DNA of 64,000 nt, taken from the NCBI GenBank assembly GCA_951406725.2, contig OX597820.1, positions 118,110,001 through 118,174,000 of the forward strand. Direction: 5' to 3'. Position numbers and translations under genes: made by a program. Of this stretch, positions 45,566 through 59,137 are shown piece by piece (position 1 is the stretch's first letter; the number at the start of each line of letters is the position of its first letter). Source of the DNA: Octopus vulgaris. Its lineage: Eukaryota. The notes under the pieces are model-generated. The model was not told where the DNA came from. It made no database searches and saw nothing but the letters and a program-made list of their open reading frames with translations.

Positions 45566-45793
45566 CTTTATTGCCCACAAGGGGCTAAACATAGAGGGGA
45601 CAAACAAGGACAGACAAAGGGATTAAGTCGATTACATCGACCCCAGTGCATAACTGGTACTTTATTTATTGACCCCGAAAGGATGAAAGGCAAAGTCGAC
45701 CTCGGCGGAATTTGAACTCAGAACGTAACGGCAGACGAAATACAGCCACGCATTTCTCCCGGCGTGCTAACGTTTCTGCCAGCTCACCGCCTT
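45566..45793 (-). mobile_element. Full-length SINE family A
   Basis: Family A homology. Confidence 0.9.
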
Positions 45794-45887
45794 ATATAAT
45801 ATATAAAAGTGTTTCATTACGCATTTGGTTCATCATCTATTAGAAGATTGACTTTATCTACAAAGAAATGAGTAAAACTAGAATCTG

Positions 45888-45922
45888 TAGCTGAAGAGAC
45901 TAACAGTTGTCGAAACATTCTG
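45888..45922 (+). ncRNA. Minimal type I hammerhead ribozyme (one stem III transition)
   Basis: TAG-CTGAAGA-GAC-taacagtt-GTC-GAAACaTT-CTG; downstream 46068-46185 is homologous to 17685-17789 (-). Confidence 0.65.
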
Positions 45923-46236
45923 ATGCCCCGAGAGGATGATCGTAGGCACTATATCAATATGTTCTTCGTACTGTGTGCTCTGATTACAATGTTTTATACA
46001 TTTCTTTCACTCACATTGATAGGGTACAGAAAGTGTGTCTATAGCCAGCTGGAGGAGGTGTCTTCCTGGGGCTACAAACTACAGTAGCATCCACCCTTAG
46101 GGTTTAGCCATATTCAAATGGCAAATATACGTCACATTGATAATGTTTATGACTTAAGGACCGTTAATACTCTGAGTGCATAAATATCTTCTTTAGCGAA
46201 TTAAGATTCGCTTTCCATTATTCATGTGTCATATAC

Positions 46237-46285
<49 letters not shown>

Positions 46286-46389
46286 CCACACACACGCAAC
46301 CAAACACACACACACATGCAACCAAACACACACGCGCACAAACACTCACACACATGCACACATACACACACACGTACTTATGTATATTT

Positions 46390-46829
46390 ATTCTTTTATT
46401 CTTTTACTTGTTTCAGCCATTTGACTGTGGCCATGCTGGAGCACCATCTTGAAAGGTTTTATTCAAACAAACTGATCGCAGGACTTGTGTTTTTAAAGTC
46501 GAGTACTTATTCTATCAGTCACTTTTCCGAACCGCTAAGTTATGGGGACATAATCACACCAACATCGGTTTTCAAGCGGTGATGGTGGTAAGCACACAGA
46601 CAAAAACAGACACACACGGAGATACAGACATACACACACACACATACACACATATATGCATATATATAAGACGAGCTTCATTCAGTTTCCGTCTACCAAA
46701 TCCAATCTCAAGACTTTGGTCGGCCCAACACTACAGAAGAAGACACTTGGCCAAGGTGCCACGTAGTGGGACTGAACTCGGAACAATGTGGTTGGAAAGC
46801 AAGCTTCTCACCACACAGCCACGCCTGCG

Positions 46830-46832
<3 letters not shown>
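46390..46832 (-). mobile_element. SINE family B
   Basis: Family B homology. Confidence 0.88.
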
Positions 46833-46878
<46 letters not shown>

Positions 46879-46945
46879 ATGTGCGTGTGTGTGTTTGTGT
46901 GTGTGTGTGTGTGTATGTATGTCTATATATGTATATATATATATA

Positions 46946-47031
<86 letters not shown>

Positions 47032-47094
47032 CATCTATGTATGTATGTATGTATGTATGTATGTATCTATCTATCATCTATCTACCTATCTATC

Positions 47095-47125
<31 letters not shown>

Positions 47126-47158
47126 CTATGTATGTATGTATGTATGTATGTATGTATG

Positions 47159-47229
<71 letters not shown>

Positions 47230-47270
47230 GTATGTATGTATGTATGTATGTATCTATCTATCTATCTATG

Positions 47271-47333
<63 letters not shown>

Positions 47334-47434
47334 GTATCTATCTATCTATCTATCTATCTGTCAGTCTGTGTGTCTGTCTATCTGTCTTTCTCTCTCTCTC
47401 TCTATCTAGCTGTGTGTATGTGCATGTTGTTCTA

Positions 47435-47580
47435 ACAGCTGATGGCTTGCCAGCCATCGTGTATCTTGATGGCTTTCAGATTGAGTAAGTCCGGGAGTTG
47501 AAATGTCTTGGGGTCACAGGTTGCGGAGAAGAAAGTCATGTTAACAGCAAAGGTCAACAACCGACTCAGGTATGCGAGTT
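47435..47580 (+). pseudogene. RTE-like LINE RT fragment
   Basis: VYLDGFQIE*VRELKCLG resembles the LDG..IE.V..FKYLG motif. Confidence 0.45.
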
Positions 47581-47957
47581 GAGAGTGAAATTGAGAGAAA
47601 AGTTAGAGAAAAGAATTTTATTGATAAATTTAAAGCCGTTCTTAATGGACAGTTATAGAAACAGTGATAATCAGAATGATGATGGTGATAATAATAAATT
47701 CTACGACTATTGACTCTTTTCAAGTTGGCTGCCAATTTTCACTCACTTCAATTCCTGCTCGAATTAATTACATATTCAGTGTAATGGCATGGTTTTATAT
47801 GCTAATCACTGCTTTGAAATTCATTTTCGCAATAAATCAATAAATAAAGAGTTATTAGCTTTTAAAGTTTGAAAATTTTAGCCAATCGTAAGCCACAGAT
47901 ACATTCATATTTGTTTCCATAGTAACAAACCAAACGAGAACTCTTTTGTCTGCAAGA

Positions 47958-48988
47958 TAGGCGTAGGAGTGGCTGTGTGGCAAGTAGCTTGCTAACCAGC
48001 AACATGGTTCCGGGGTCAGTCCTACTGCGTGGCATCTTGGGAAAGTGTCTTCTGCTATAGCCCCGGGCCGACCAATGCCTTGTGAGTGGATTTGGTAGAC
48101 GGAAACTGAAAGAAGCCTGTCGTATATATGTATATATATGTATGTGTGTGTTTGTGTGTCTGTGTTTGTCCCCCTAGCATCGCTTGACAACCGATGCTGG
48201 TGTGTTTACGTCCCCGTCACTTATCGGTTCGGCAAAAGAGACTGATAGAATAAGTACTGGGCTTACAAAGAATAAGTCTCGGGGTCGATTTGCTCGACTA
48301 AAGGCGGTACTCCAGCATGGCCGCAGTCAAATGACCGAAACAAGTAAAAGAGTAAAAGAGTAAGATAGCACGTGTTGACAAATATATTCTACACCAAAGC
48401 ATGCGCAGCGACACTGTGTCTAGCTGCTTGTAACCGTCTGTTGCATGAACTCTGGCTGAGAGACGCGCAAAAAGTAACAACCAAATAGACCTTAAATCAC
48501 GCACCTCCAAATTTCTATTTAGATCTTTGTATTACCATATGAATTTCCGAGTGTAGAATACAATTTCGCAAACATTTTCTGAAAATTCCCCAAAATAAAA
48601 AAAAGAAAAAAACGTTATGGTTCCGTGTTCAGTCCCACTGCGTGGCACCTTGGGTAAGTGTCTTCTGCTATAGCCCCGGGCCGACCAATGCCTTGTGAGT
48701 GGATTTGGTAGACGGAAACTGAAAGAAGCCTGTCGTATATATGTATATATACGCATATGTATGTGTGTGTTTGTGTGTCTGTGTTTGTCCCTCTAGTATT
48801 GCTTGACAACCGATGCTGGTGTGTTTATGTCCCCGTCACTTATCGGTTCGGCAAAAGAGACCGATAGAATAAGTACTGGGCTTGCAAAAGAATAAGTCCC
48901 GGGTCGAGTTGTTCGATTAAAGGTGGTGCTCCAGAATGGCCGCAGTCAAATGACCGAAACAAGTAAAAGAGTAAAGAGTAAAGAGAGT
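47958..48988 (+). mobile_element. Two SINE family B copies (47958-48362, 48616-48988)
   Basis: Family B homology. Confidence 0.9.
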
Positions 48989-49199
48989 TATGAGGGGTTG
49001 TATGTCGTGAGTAAAGCAGAAGTTTGTATATTTACAGTTTCATATTAAAACACGTCACGCACAAAATGGCAGCTTCCAAATCCTGTTTTCTGACCGGATG
49101 AAAATAACCAAAATTTAAACCTCTTTAACTTCAGGCATTCGACTGTTCTCGTGTCTTGTCCTGTTTTTGCTCATTCAGCATATATATGATAGATCGCTA

Positions 49200-49370
49200 A
49201 CCAATACACATTTTATATTTTCTCTCCCTGTTTCTTTCTGTGTTCCTTTCTGTGGAAGAGCGTAGGCTCGAAACGTTAAAGACTTTTTCACTTCCCGACC
49301 GTTATACTAATACATGATTCTTGTCTACACCACCTGTCTTCATCTTTTGTTTTTTGTGAATTCTCCCTAT
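49200..49370 (+). mobile_element. H2-subfamily HHR mini-element
   Basis: CTTT-CTGTGGA-A-GAGC-GTAG-GCTC-GAAACGTT-AAAG at 49246-49281. Confidence 0.7.
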
Positions 49371-49429
49371 ACATATATACATACATACATACATGCATAC
49401 ATACATACATACATACATACATACATACA

Positions 49430-49564
<135 letters not shown>

Positions 49565-49869
49565 AGCCGAGAGCAAAAAATGCATGGATAACAAACGATA
49601 CAGAAGTGGACATACGAAAGTGAATAAATGTAATTCAGGACGATGGACAAAGGACAAAGATGATATAAATAAGAAACGAGCAAAATACGGCCTCAGCGTC
49701 GAAAATCACGAATGGTAGGTAACGCTTAGAGGTGCGAAACTGAGTAATGCCATCTGGTTGATAACTGATGAAGAATTTGAGACCTTCTATGTCGGTCTTC
49801 CGTCCGTTTGTGCACTCAGTATTCGTTATAAGTTTTTTACTTGTTGCATGTGCATTTCCAACACACTTT

Positions 49870-49930
<61 letters not shown>

Positions 49931-49933
49931 CGC

Positions 49934-49963
<30 letters not shown>

Positions 49964-49968
<5 letters not shown>

Positions 49969-50243
49969 AAATTTAAAGGACTGACCACTAAAAGGGGACG
50001 GTCAAATCGCTATGTTCCACGAAGAAAGTGTTCTCATGAAAAAACTTTTGTGCTGAGTTTTTTCTTGAGAACACATTCTTCGTGGAAAATAGCGATTTTG
50101 ACGTCTATATCTAGTATATTGACCGTCCACTTTTAGTGGTCAGTCCTTTAAATTTTGTATGTAAAAATATTTTAATCTTCGGATTTTTTTAATATGCTAG
50201 GCCACTGGTTTTAATTGATTAATATCAATTTCTACCCTTATTC

Positions 50244-50250
<7 letters not shown>
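49964..50250. mobile_element. PLE-type terminal fragment with inverted duplication
   Basis: 49964-50045 is inverted within 50053-50160; homologous to 39370-39800. Confidence 0.75.
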
Positions 50251-50289
<39 letters not shown>

Positions 50290-50350
50290 TTTAGGCGTAA
50301 TGAGATAAAAACCAAGGCTGTATAGATATTAGAGTATTTATAGATAGAAG

Positions 50351-50402
50351 GTCTTACAGCTGTTTCTAGGATATTAATTAATAATATCCCTTCATCGGAG
50401 AC
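50351..50402 (-). ncRNA. Type I hammerhead ribozyme, CCGAUGA core variant
   Basis: GTCT-CCGATGA-AGGGATATT..AATATCCT-A-GAAACAGCTGTA-AGAC; palindromic stem III ACAGCTGT (the same 3' half occurs at 38541-38560 -). Confidence 0.75.
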
Positions 50403-50599
50403 GGTGTAAGAGGAAAAATTAAGTCATAGTTAGTTTCAATGTGATACAAATAGTGAGGTGGAGGAAAGAAAATAGATGTAAGATATGTATGGGTATTGAA
50501 TTCGTAAATCCGTTTTATAGGCATAATGGTATATATGTGTAATATTCCAATATCCTTTGAGTAAAATCCAATCTCTACGCGTTTGTGTATGTGTGTGTA

Positions 50600-50975
50600 T
50601 CTGAGTATGTGAACATGGCTTTGTGTGTGCATTTGTCACCACAACCGTTTGAGGAACCGGTGTTGGTTTTTACGCCACTCCGATCGACGTAAAGTAATAA
50701 ACTTGAAAGTTTATCCGGCGAAACACTTGAAAGCAGTGCCCCAGCATGGCCGCAGTCAAAAAACATGAACACTGAATCAAGTAAAAAATAAAAGTTGACT
50801 ATAATAGGCGCAGGAGTGGCAGTGTGGTAAGTAGCTTGTTTACCAACCACATGGTTCCGGGTTCAGTTCCACTGCGTGGCACCTTGGGCAAGTGTCTTCC
50901 GCTATAGCCTCGGGCTGACCAAAGCCTTGTGAGAGGATTTGGTAGACGGAAACTGAAAGAAGCCCGTCGTATATA

Positions 50976-51050
<75 letters not shown>

Positions 51051-51270
51051 TGTGTGTGTTTGTGTCTGTATTTGTCCCCCTAGCATTGCTTGACAACCGA
51101 TGCTGGTGTGTTTATGTCCCCGTTACTTAGCGATTCGGCAAAAGAGACCGATAGAATAAGTACTGGGCTTACAAAAGAATAAGTCCCGGGGTCGAGTTGC
51201 TCGATTAAAGGCGATACTCCAGCATGGCCGCAGTCAAATGACTGAAACAAGTAAAAGAGTAAAAGAGTGT
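50600..51270 (+). mobile_element. SINE family B: old 3' half plus full copy 50805-51270
   Basis: Family B homology. Confidence 0.88.
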
Positions 51271-51489
51271 AGTGTTATTCGAAAACGGGCAACTGGTACG
51301 AAACTTAGGACGAATGGTTACAATGGAAGAAAAATATGAATATTGTAACTGGTCAAGGGTCGCTATTTTGCACGGAATGGAACACTTTCAAATACAAATC
51401 CAGCGTACACAAACATATATGCACATACGCACACAGAGACACGCACACACATGCACGCACGCACACACTCGCACATGCCAAGATTGATC

Positions 51490-51655
51490 ACTAAATCCAC
51501 GTTTTTTTAAAATTCACTGTTTATTTCCTCGTGTTCCTTTTCGTTGAAGAGCTTAGGCTCGAAACGTAAAAGACTTTCTCACTTTCCCGAGCGTCAAACT
51601 GCTTGTTGTTTATATACTCGTCTTCGTCTTTTGTTTTTCTGTAAATTTCAACTAT
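51490..51655 (+). mobile_element. H2-subfamily HHR mini-element
   Basis: CTTT-TCGTTGA-A-GAGC-TTAG-GCTC-GAAACGTA-AAAG at 51537-51572. Confidence 0.68.
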
Positions 51656-51663
51656 ATATATAT

Positions 51664-51716
<53 letters not shown>

Positions 51717-51722
51717 ATTTTT

Positions 51723-52108
51723 TGGAAGCACTCCGTCGGTTACGACGACGAGGGTTCCGGTTGAATCCGAATCAACGGAACAGCCTGCTCGTGAAATTAA
51801 CGTGTAAGTGGCTGAGCACTCAACAGACACGTGTACCCTTAACGTAGTTCTTGGGGATATTCAGCGTGACACAGAGAGTGACAAGGCCGGCCCTTTGAAA
51901 TACAAGGTACAACAGAAACAGGAAGTAAGAGTGAGAGAAAGTTGTGGTGAAAGAGTACAGCAGGGATCACCACCATCCCCTGCCGAAGCCTCGTGGAGCT
52001 TTTTAGGTGTTTTCGCTCAATAAACACTCACAACGCCCGGTCTGGGAATCGAAACCGCGATCCTACGACCGCGAGTTCGCTGCCTTAACCAATGGGCCAT
52101 TGCGCCAC
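51723..52108 (-). mobile_element. Full-length tRNA-derived SINE family D with tail X
   Basis: Head matches 39995; 3' half matches the family C tail. Confidence 0.88.
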
Positions 52109-52129
52109 CACTACACATAATTTAGAGAC

Positions 52130-52788
52130 AAGCCGCTATTTAGTTATTCTATCAATAGTGAAAAGATATCTATAATAACCACAGAAATTAATTAAATATC
52201 TAGAGGGAGGCGGGATATAATAAAACTATTAAATTCTTTAATAATTGTAGATTTAATAATAATATAAAAATAATAATATAAATGATTCTTATGTTATTCA
52301 TAATAATAAACCTAATATTAAGAATTATAAGTTTTGTTCAGTTAATTACGGTTTTAATGATATGTATTATGTTAATACAAAAATAGATATAATAAAAGAG
52401 TAAAATTTTATAATAAAAAGAGTAAAATTTAATGTGGTTAATGATAATAAGAAATACAATAATATAATAAATAAATGTAATGTTAACAATACGAATAAAA
52501 TTTGGTTAATTATTCCTTATGGGGCTCAAGTTAAAACGAACATTATTAAAGAGATATTAAAACTAATTGAATTATTCATTATAGATAATGAAAATATAAT
52601 AATATTTTTTCTAGTAATAATTTTGGAGTTGGTTATTCTACTACTAATAATGTTGGTAACATTATTTCATCTTTTAATAGTTTTAAGCTGAATAAGTTTT
52701 GTATTAAAAAAATATATAATAATTCCAATAATACTAATGACCAGAATTTAATTAATTGTACGTGTAGAGATAAGACGAAATGTAAATT
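52130..52788 (+). pseudogene. AT-rich PLE (Naiad-like) RT thumb/linker remnant
   Basis: KIWLIIPYGAQVKTNIIKEILKLIE...GVGYSTTNNVGNIISSFN...NCTCRDKTKC (CxCx5C). Confidence 0.7.
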
Positions 52789-52789
52789 A

Positions 52790-54195
52790 AGCTGAAACTG
52801 ATTTTGTTTCAGTAGCTGAGCTGAAATTGATCAGTTTCAGCTCAACTAATTTAAAAAATATAATCGCACACAACACACAAAAGCCACAATATGAAACCAG
52901 CTGTTCATGCAGGGATAAAAAATTGTGCCCGATAAATGGAGCTCCATCATTTATGAAGCCACCGTGGATTCTATATCCACTAAGGACACGGTGTCGACGA
53001 AGAAATACGTGGGCCTTACAGGAGGTAATATCAGGCACTGGGATAAAAGGAAAACGACGAAATTATCCAGTCTCATATGGTCTTTAAAAGATAAAGGTGT
53101 CAGTTACAACATTCATTGGAAGATCTTAGCCAAGTGTAAGCCCTACACCTAACGGCAGCGAAAAGTGCGGTCTTTGTAAAATGGAAAGATGGCTCACCTA
53201 GAAAAGCAGCTTAGATCCCGTCACATGTCTAAATTCAAGAACTGAATTTTTCGGGTCATGTCCATATATGGCTAAATATTTGTTACATTTTTAGTCCCTC
53301 AAAGATTACATATAGGACTTGCTTTCTATATTGCGTCCACATAGAAGCTTTTTATCTGTCTATACTTTTTACTTATATTTGTTATATATTTTATATACAT
53401 ATTTTTACATATTCATAGAGAATTTGGTTTATTGCTCATATATATTTTTTACACATAATTTTTCTGTATTCTACCTTCCACCCTGTATTTTCCTGTGCGT
53501 ATATAGACGTGTATGTGGAATTTTTTGCGCGCGTGTGTGAGTGTGTGCATGTGTGCGGGTATGTGCGTATATAGACGTGTGTGCGTGCGTGCATGCGAGT
53601 ATGTGATTATATAGACATGTTTTACTCTTATTGCTTATTTTTTACCCTTTTTTTACACATTTTTCTGTATTTTGCCTTTAGCCCTGTTTTTTCTTGTGCA
53701 TGTGCGTTTTTAGACGTGTGTATGAACCATTTTAGGTGTGTATGTGCGAGCGTGTATGCGGGTATGTATATATTTTTTGGCGAATGTGTGGGTGAGCATG
53801 TGTGTGTTTCAAGTGAGGATAGATGTACGTGAGTGTGCAGGTGCGCATGTGTATGTATGGACATGTGCGCTTACGCAATTACTATGAACATTTTTACTCC
53901 CTTACCTTTACTCCCTCCCCTTACTTAGGGGTCATTCTAATTGCTCTTTTGTCTTAGTAACGGTCAATCACACAGTAATTTCCCATTGTTTTAACGGTTA
54001 TTTTCATAGCAATTTTTCGATGGCCCGATAACTGAAGAGATGCTGGCATAGGTTTCCGCCCCGACATCCGAAACTCGGGGTTTTATCATAGCTACCGAAT
54101 AAATGTCACATATTATATTTACAGATAAATTCCTCTATTTACATAATATCGAGGTCTCTGTCATTCTTTTGTTGCTTTGCCATTTCTATCAATAT
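52790..54195 (+). mobile_element. 5'-truncated PLE (Naiad-like): GIY-YIG endonuclease remnant, 3' UTR and HHR
   Basis: CSCRDKKLCP..IIYEATV..KYVGLT..TKLSSLIWSLK..IHWKIL..KCGLCKMER..LNSRTEFFGSCPY (52827-53294, frameshifted); short 5' inversions at 52790-52845. Confidence 0.85.
54027..54087 (+). ncRNA. Type I hammerhead ribozyme in the PLE 3' UTR
   Basis: GATAA-CTGAAGA-GATG..CATC-c-GAAACTCGGGGTT-TTATC. Confidence 0.72.
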
Positions 54196-54202
54196 ATATA
54201 TA

Positions 54203-54745
54203 TATCACGCGACCGACCAGGCTATCAGATGTTCCTACACATTGCTGGTCACAATGCGCTTCGCATTGTTTTAGCCTTCAAATGACGCCACCCCGCTGGC
54301 TAAACGAGCAGGCCAACAGAAGGAAGAGTGGGAGAAAGTTGCGGCGAAAGAGTACAGAAGGCGGTGAGCTGGCAGAAATGTTAGCACGCCGGGCGAAATG
54401 CTTAGTAGTATTTCGTCTGTCGTCATGTTCTGAGCACAAATTCCGCTGAGGTCGACTTTGCCTTTCATGCTTTCGGGGTCGATAAATTAAGTACCAGTTA
54501 TACACTGAGGTCGATGTAATCGACTTAATCCCTTTGTCTGTCCTTGTTTGTCCCCTCTATGTTTAGCCCCTTGTGGGCAATAGAGAAATAAGAGTACAGC
54601 AGGGATCGCCACCACCCCCTGCCGGAGACTCGTGGAGCTTTAGGTGTTTTCGCTCAATTAAACACTCACAACGCCCGGTATGGGAAACGAAACCGCGATC
54701 CTACGACCGCGAGTCCGCTACCCTAACCACTGGGCCATTGCGCCT

Positions 54746-54748
<3 letters not shown>
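54203..54748 (-). mobile_element. SINE family D (tail Y) with nested family A copy 54358-54589 (+)
   Basis: TSD AAGAGTACAG at 54348-54357 and 54590-54599. Confidence 0.88.
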
Positions 54749-54811
<63 letters not shown>

Positions 54812-54814
<3 letters not shown>

Positions 54815-55020
54815 GTGATTGCGTGAGTATCGTTGGCAATTTTTTCCTCCGTCTTCCTTTGCTTGGATCTTTTCTTTTTCTATGTTTCTGACGAGGAGCT
54901 CCGCTCGAAACGTTAAATCCTCCTTCTTTCTTTCCTTTCCTGAGCGCCCAAAAACACTATACTTGTTCCACGTCCTCGCGTTGTTGTGTTTTCTCTCTGT
55001 GTTTTCATGTTTGGATTAAC
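54812..55020 (+). mobile_element. H2 HHR mini-element with canonical core
   Basis: TTT-CTGACGA-G-GAGC-TCC-GCTC-GAAACGTT-AAA at 54885-54917. Confidence 0.82.
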
Positions 55021-55040
55021 TTTATATATATATATATATA

Positions 55041-55636
55041 ATAAAGGGTAAAATCATTATTGATTTTTGCCAAGTGGCCAGCGGGGAAATAAAATCTCAT
55101 AGGTAAATTTTATAAATATTTTATAATTATATACCTAATTATAACAAGGACTTGGCTTGTGCCTCATCGCGCACTGAAAAATAGACGTCAAAAAACACTA
55201 TTACCACCATAAATTCTCCGAGATAAACACACTACATAATTGGCTGGCAGAAGAAAGAAAACGAATTAAAATTTTGGTTAACCGCGTACATGATCGTGTT
55301 TTTGGCTTAAAGTAATAAGAACATTACCTACTGCCTTCATCAGCGTCTGTATACCCAGGCATAAATATACGAGTGGCCACGGATTTGTAAGCGAGCTGCG
55401 TCTTCGCTTAGCTTATATCGTCAAGAATCGCAGAGATATGCTGCGAAGTAGAATTCATACCCTTCTCTTATAGTCACACGCAGTGTGTTAAAGATTAAGT
55501 CTGCAGTTAATACAGTTTTGACAGAGGAGTAAATATATTTTTCAAATATTAATTATAATAATAATAAAGGATAAAAATCATAAATGATTTTTGCCAAGTG
55601 GTCAGCGCGGAAATAAAACCTCACAGGTAAATTTTA
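55041..55636 (-). mobile_element. Partial-tandem (~524-bp monomer) element with decayed HHR
   Basis: Direct repeats 55041-55112 and 55564-55636; ACG-CTGATGA-AGGC..GCC-aAAAACACGATCATGTA-CGC at 55284-55346 (-). Confidence 0.65.
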
Positions 55637-55664
55637 CAAAGGAAAAATATATAAATGAGAGGAA

Positions 55665-55723
<59 letters not shown>

Positions 55724-55817
55724 ATATATATATATATACACACACACAATATATATATTCACACAATATATATATTCACACAATATATATATACACAATA
55801 AATATATCTATATCTAC

Positions 55818-55889
<72 letters not shown>

Positions 55890-55904
55890 GTATATATATG
55901 TATA

Positions 55905-56085
55905 TAGTAAATTCCGATTAACAAAATTAAAAACAGAGAAAAAAAGCAAACGTGATGACTTTCACAAGAAATTTATTAATTTGACGTTCGGTAAAGGAGA
56001 GAGTTCTTGTTAACGTTTCGAGCATAGCTCTTCGTCGGAAACAGGAAGTTCAAAGAGAAAGCAGGAAAAATAAGGAAAGATCGCC

Positions 56086-56090
<5 letters not shown>
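55905..56090 (-). mobile_element. H2-related HHR mini-element, CCGACGA core
   Basis: TTT-CCGACGA-A-GAGC-TAT-GCTC-GAAACGTT-AAC at 56009-56041. Confidence 0.75.
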
Positions 56091-56180
<90 letters not shown>

Positions 56181-56719
56181 TATGTGTATATATAAAAATG
56201 CATACATACATATATATTTATATATATACACACATAGGTCATAGATGGTCATACGCATGTGGACGAAATATATTAAACACGCGCATACAGATGCATAGAT
56301 ACACACACATATATGTATATATATGCATATATCTATTTATCAATTCATACATACATACACATATACACTCAAACATAGACACACCAACACACATATATGT
56401 ATGTATGTATGCGTCCATGTATGTATGTTATCAAAGACGGATTTCTTGCTGGAAACATCACAGCCAAACGGCTGGTGGCTCACTGATTTGCTTGCTTGTA
56501 AAGTGACTGGCCGTATTCTAATGGCTTCATTTCCGGGGACTGCTCAGACTGTGATTTTCACTTCACGTTATTGGATTTTATATTCTTATTTAGACTTCTT
56601 TAGATTTCTATCATATATAATTCAATGACTAGACTGGACAGGACGAGACATGAATGAGAGAAGGAGGTGGATCATGGATGGGGGTGGGTGATGGGTGAGA
56701 AAGATTGTTAAGAATGAGA

Positions 56720-56760
<41 letters not shown>

Positions 56761-57767
56761 GAAAGGAGACTGAGAAATAGATAAAATTTTCTTGCAATCA
56801 AAATATTTGTTGGGTGTTAGACATTTTATTTAATCTTATTTCATTTCATCTCGTCTGATGCTTAACTTAGTCAGACTTCTCTTTCCTCTCCTTTTCTCTC
56901 CCTGCACAGACACACATGCATACACACGCGGACAGACAGACAGACACACACTTGTACGCACATACAGACACACATACACACGCAGTCATGCAAACAGTGA
57001 CACTAGGATACGAACCATCAAACTTTATGCAAACGTTCTTTATCACTCGTTAAGAGATCTGTTTCAAATAGGGCCAAACTGAAAATGCTTTTTCTTCTAT
57101 TTAAGGGAATTATTCTATTCCCTAAGCAATTTCTGCAACTTATGAGTCAAACATTACCCTTCCTTTAAAAAATATTTAATTTACTTACTGCGAAACAGAG
57201 CATGACTAGAAACGTCAGTTCCTTCCTCCACCTCGTCAAGACATTCAAACTGTGATTTTTCTCGATGGAGACAATCATTTCATTTTCCTATAAATACGGT
57301 CTAAAAATGCATTGAAAAAAAAAAGCTACTTTAAACCTATTTTAAGCAGCGAAAACCGTTCACGATTAGTAAAATATTTTTTTGCCACTGTAAAATCTCG
57401 TTTGGCTACAACATACACTAGAATTTGTTCAGTAAATCTCTTTTTATATGAAATCTTTTTTCTGTATGAAAACCTTTTTTTATAATATGTGATGTTTTTC
57501 TCATTCAGCGCGTGTAAACCTCGCTTTATGAAAACATACACTGTGTATTATAGGAAAACATCTGCCAAGTGGGAACATATTTTTGTAATTCTATTTTTAT
57601 ATTTATAGATACATAATAGAAATATTTACCTTCTATGTTAAAAAAACAATAAAAATTGTTTCATTCGAACAAATATATATATGTATAAAAATTAGAGTAT
57701 TTTTAACCCTTTCTTCTCATTTTCCCCATATGTATGTATATATATATATATATATGTACGTATATAT

Positions 57768-58177
57768 ACTCTTTTACTCTTTTACTTGTTTCAGTCATTT
57801 GACTGCGGCCATGCTGGAGCACCGCCTTTAGTCGAGCAACTTGACCCCGGGACTTTTTGTAAGCCCAGTACTTATTCTATCGGTCACTTTTTGCCGAACC
57901 GCTAAGTGACGGGGACGTAAACACACCAGCATCGGTTGTCAAGCAATGCTAGGGGAACAAACACAGACACACAAACATACACACACACATACACATACAT
58001 ATATACATATATACGACAGGCTTCTTTCAGTTTCCGTCTACCAAATCCACTCACAAGGCATTGGTCGGCCCGGGGCTATAGCAGAAGACACTTTCCCAAG
58101 ATGCCACGCAGTGGGACTGAACCCGGAACCATGTGGCTGGTTAGCAAGCTACTTACCACACAGCCACTCCTGCACCT
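57768..58177 (-). mobile_element. Full-length SINE family B
   Basis: Family B homology. Confidence 0.9.
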
Positions 58178-58614
58178 ATGTATGTATGTATGTATGTATG
58201 TATGTATGTATGTATGTATGTATGTATGTATGTGTCTATCCAGTTAACCAATTCCTAAAGCCAGTGTCCGAGAAATCCACTTCTTTTCAGTAGTCACACA
58301 ACAAAAACCAGGGCAGCCCAATAGCGTTTTCCTTTTGCAGTGGATAGGGCAAGAATTTTCCTGATTCTCTCTCTCTCTCACTCTCTCTCTCTCTCTCTCA
58401 CTCTCTCTCTCTCTCTCCTATCCTCCAGTTGCAATGGCAAACACATTCCAAGGTTACCAAACCGAATAAGAACATTTCTTAACAAACAGCTGCCGTTTCA
58501 TTTCCTGTTTTTCTTTCTCTTTCCATCTGTCTCTTGTTTTCTTTCCCTCGCCTTGACTAACTCTCATTTAACCATTTACGCTTTCTTTCCTTCTTTCCTT
58601 CTTTCTTTCTTCCT

Positions 58615-58658
<44 letters not shown>

Positions 58659-58709
58659 TCCTTTTTTCTTTTTTTCTTTCTTTCTTTCTTTTTTCTTTCT
58701 TTCCTTCCT

Positions 58710-58791
<82 letters not shown>

Positions 58792-59137
58792 TTCCTTCTC
58801 AGTTCTTCTCCTCGCCTCCCGTATCCCTCCGTTGATGGCATTTCGAGCATATCACAAGAACCCTGTTTTACCTCGGGAGACGGATATAATTGTTATGATA
58901 CTTTTGTTATGATACTTTTGTTGCAGCTGTTGACTAGAGACGATGGCCAATACCATTCATATGTTATTCTATCAATTGAACGCTAAGTGGTTCACAACCA
59001 CTCACTGGTGGTGTTCTTTCTGACGGCTTGAAAACAAAAACAAAACACAATAGCTTTCTGTCTATTTTGCATAATCTAAACAATAATAAATTAAGAGGAA
59101 TAATTCTCCCCCTTCCTCCCCTTAAACTCCCCCTCCT

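Noticed and set aside
52850-53294. Selenocysteine recoding in the Naiad-like ORF
   Set aside because: The visible Cys positions use TGT/TGC, the interrupting stops are TAA/TAG, and no SECIS was recognised.
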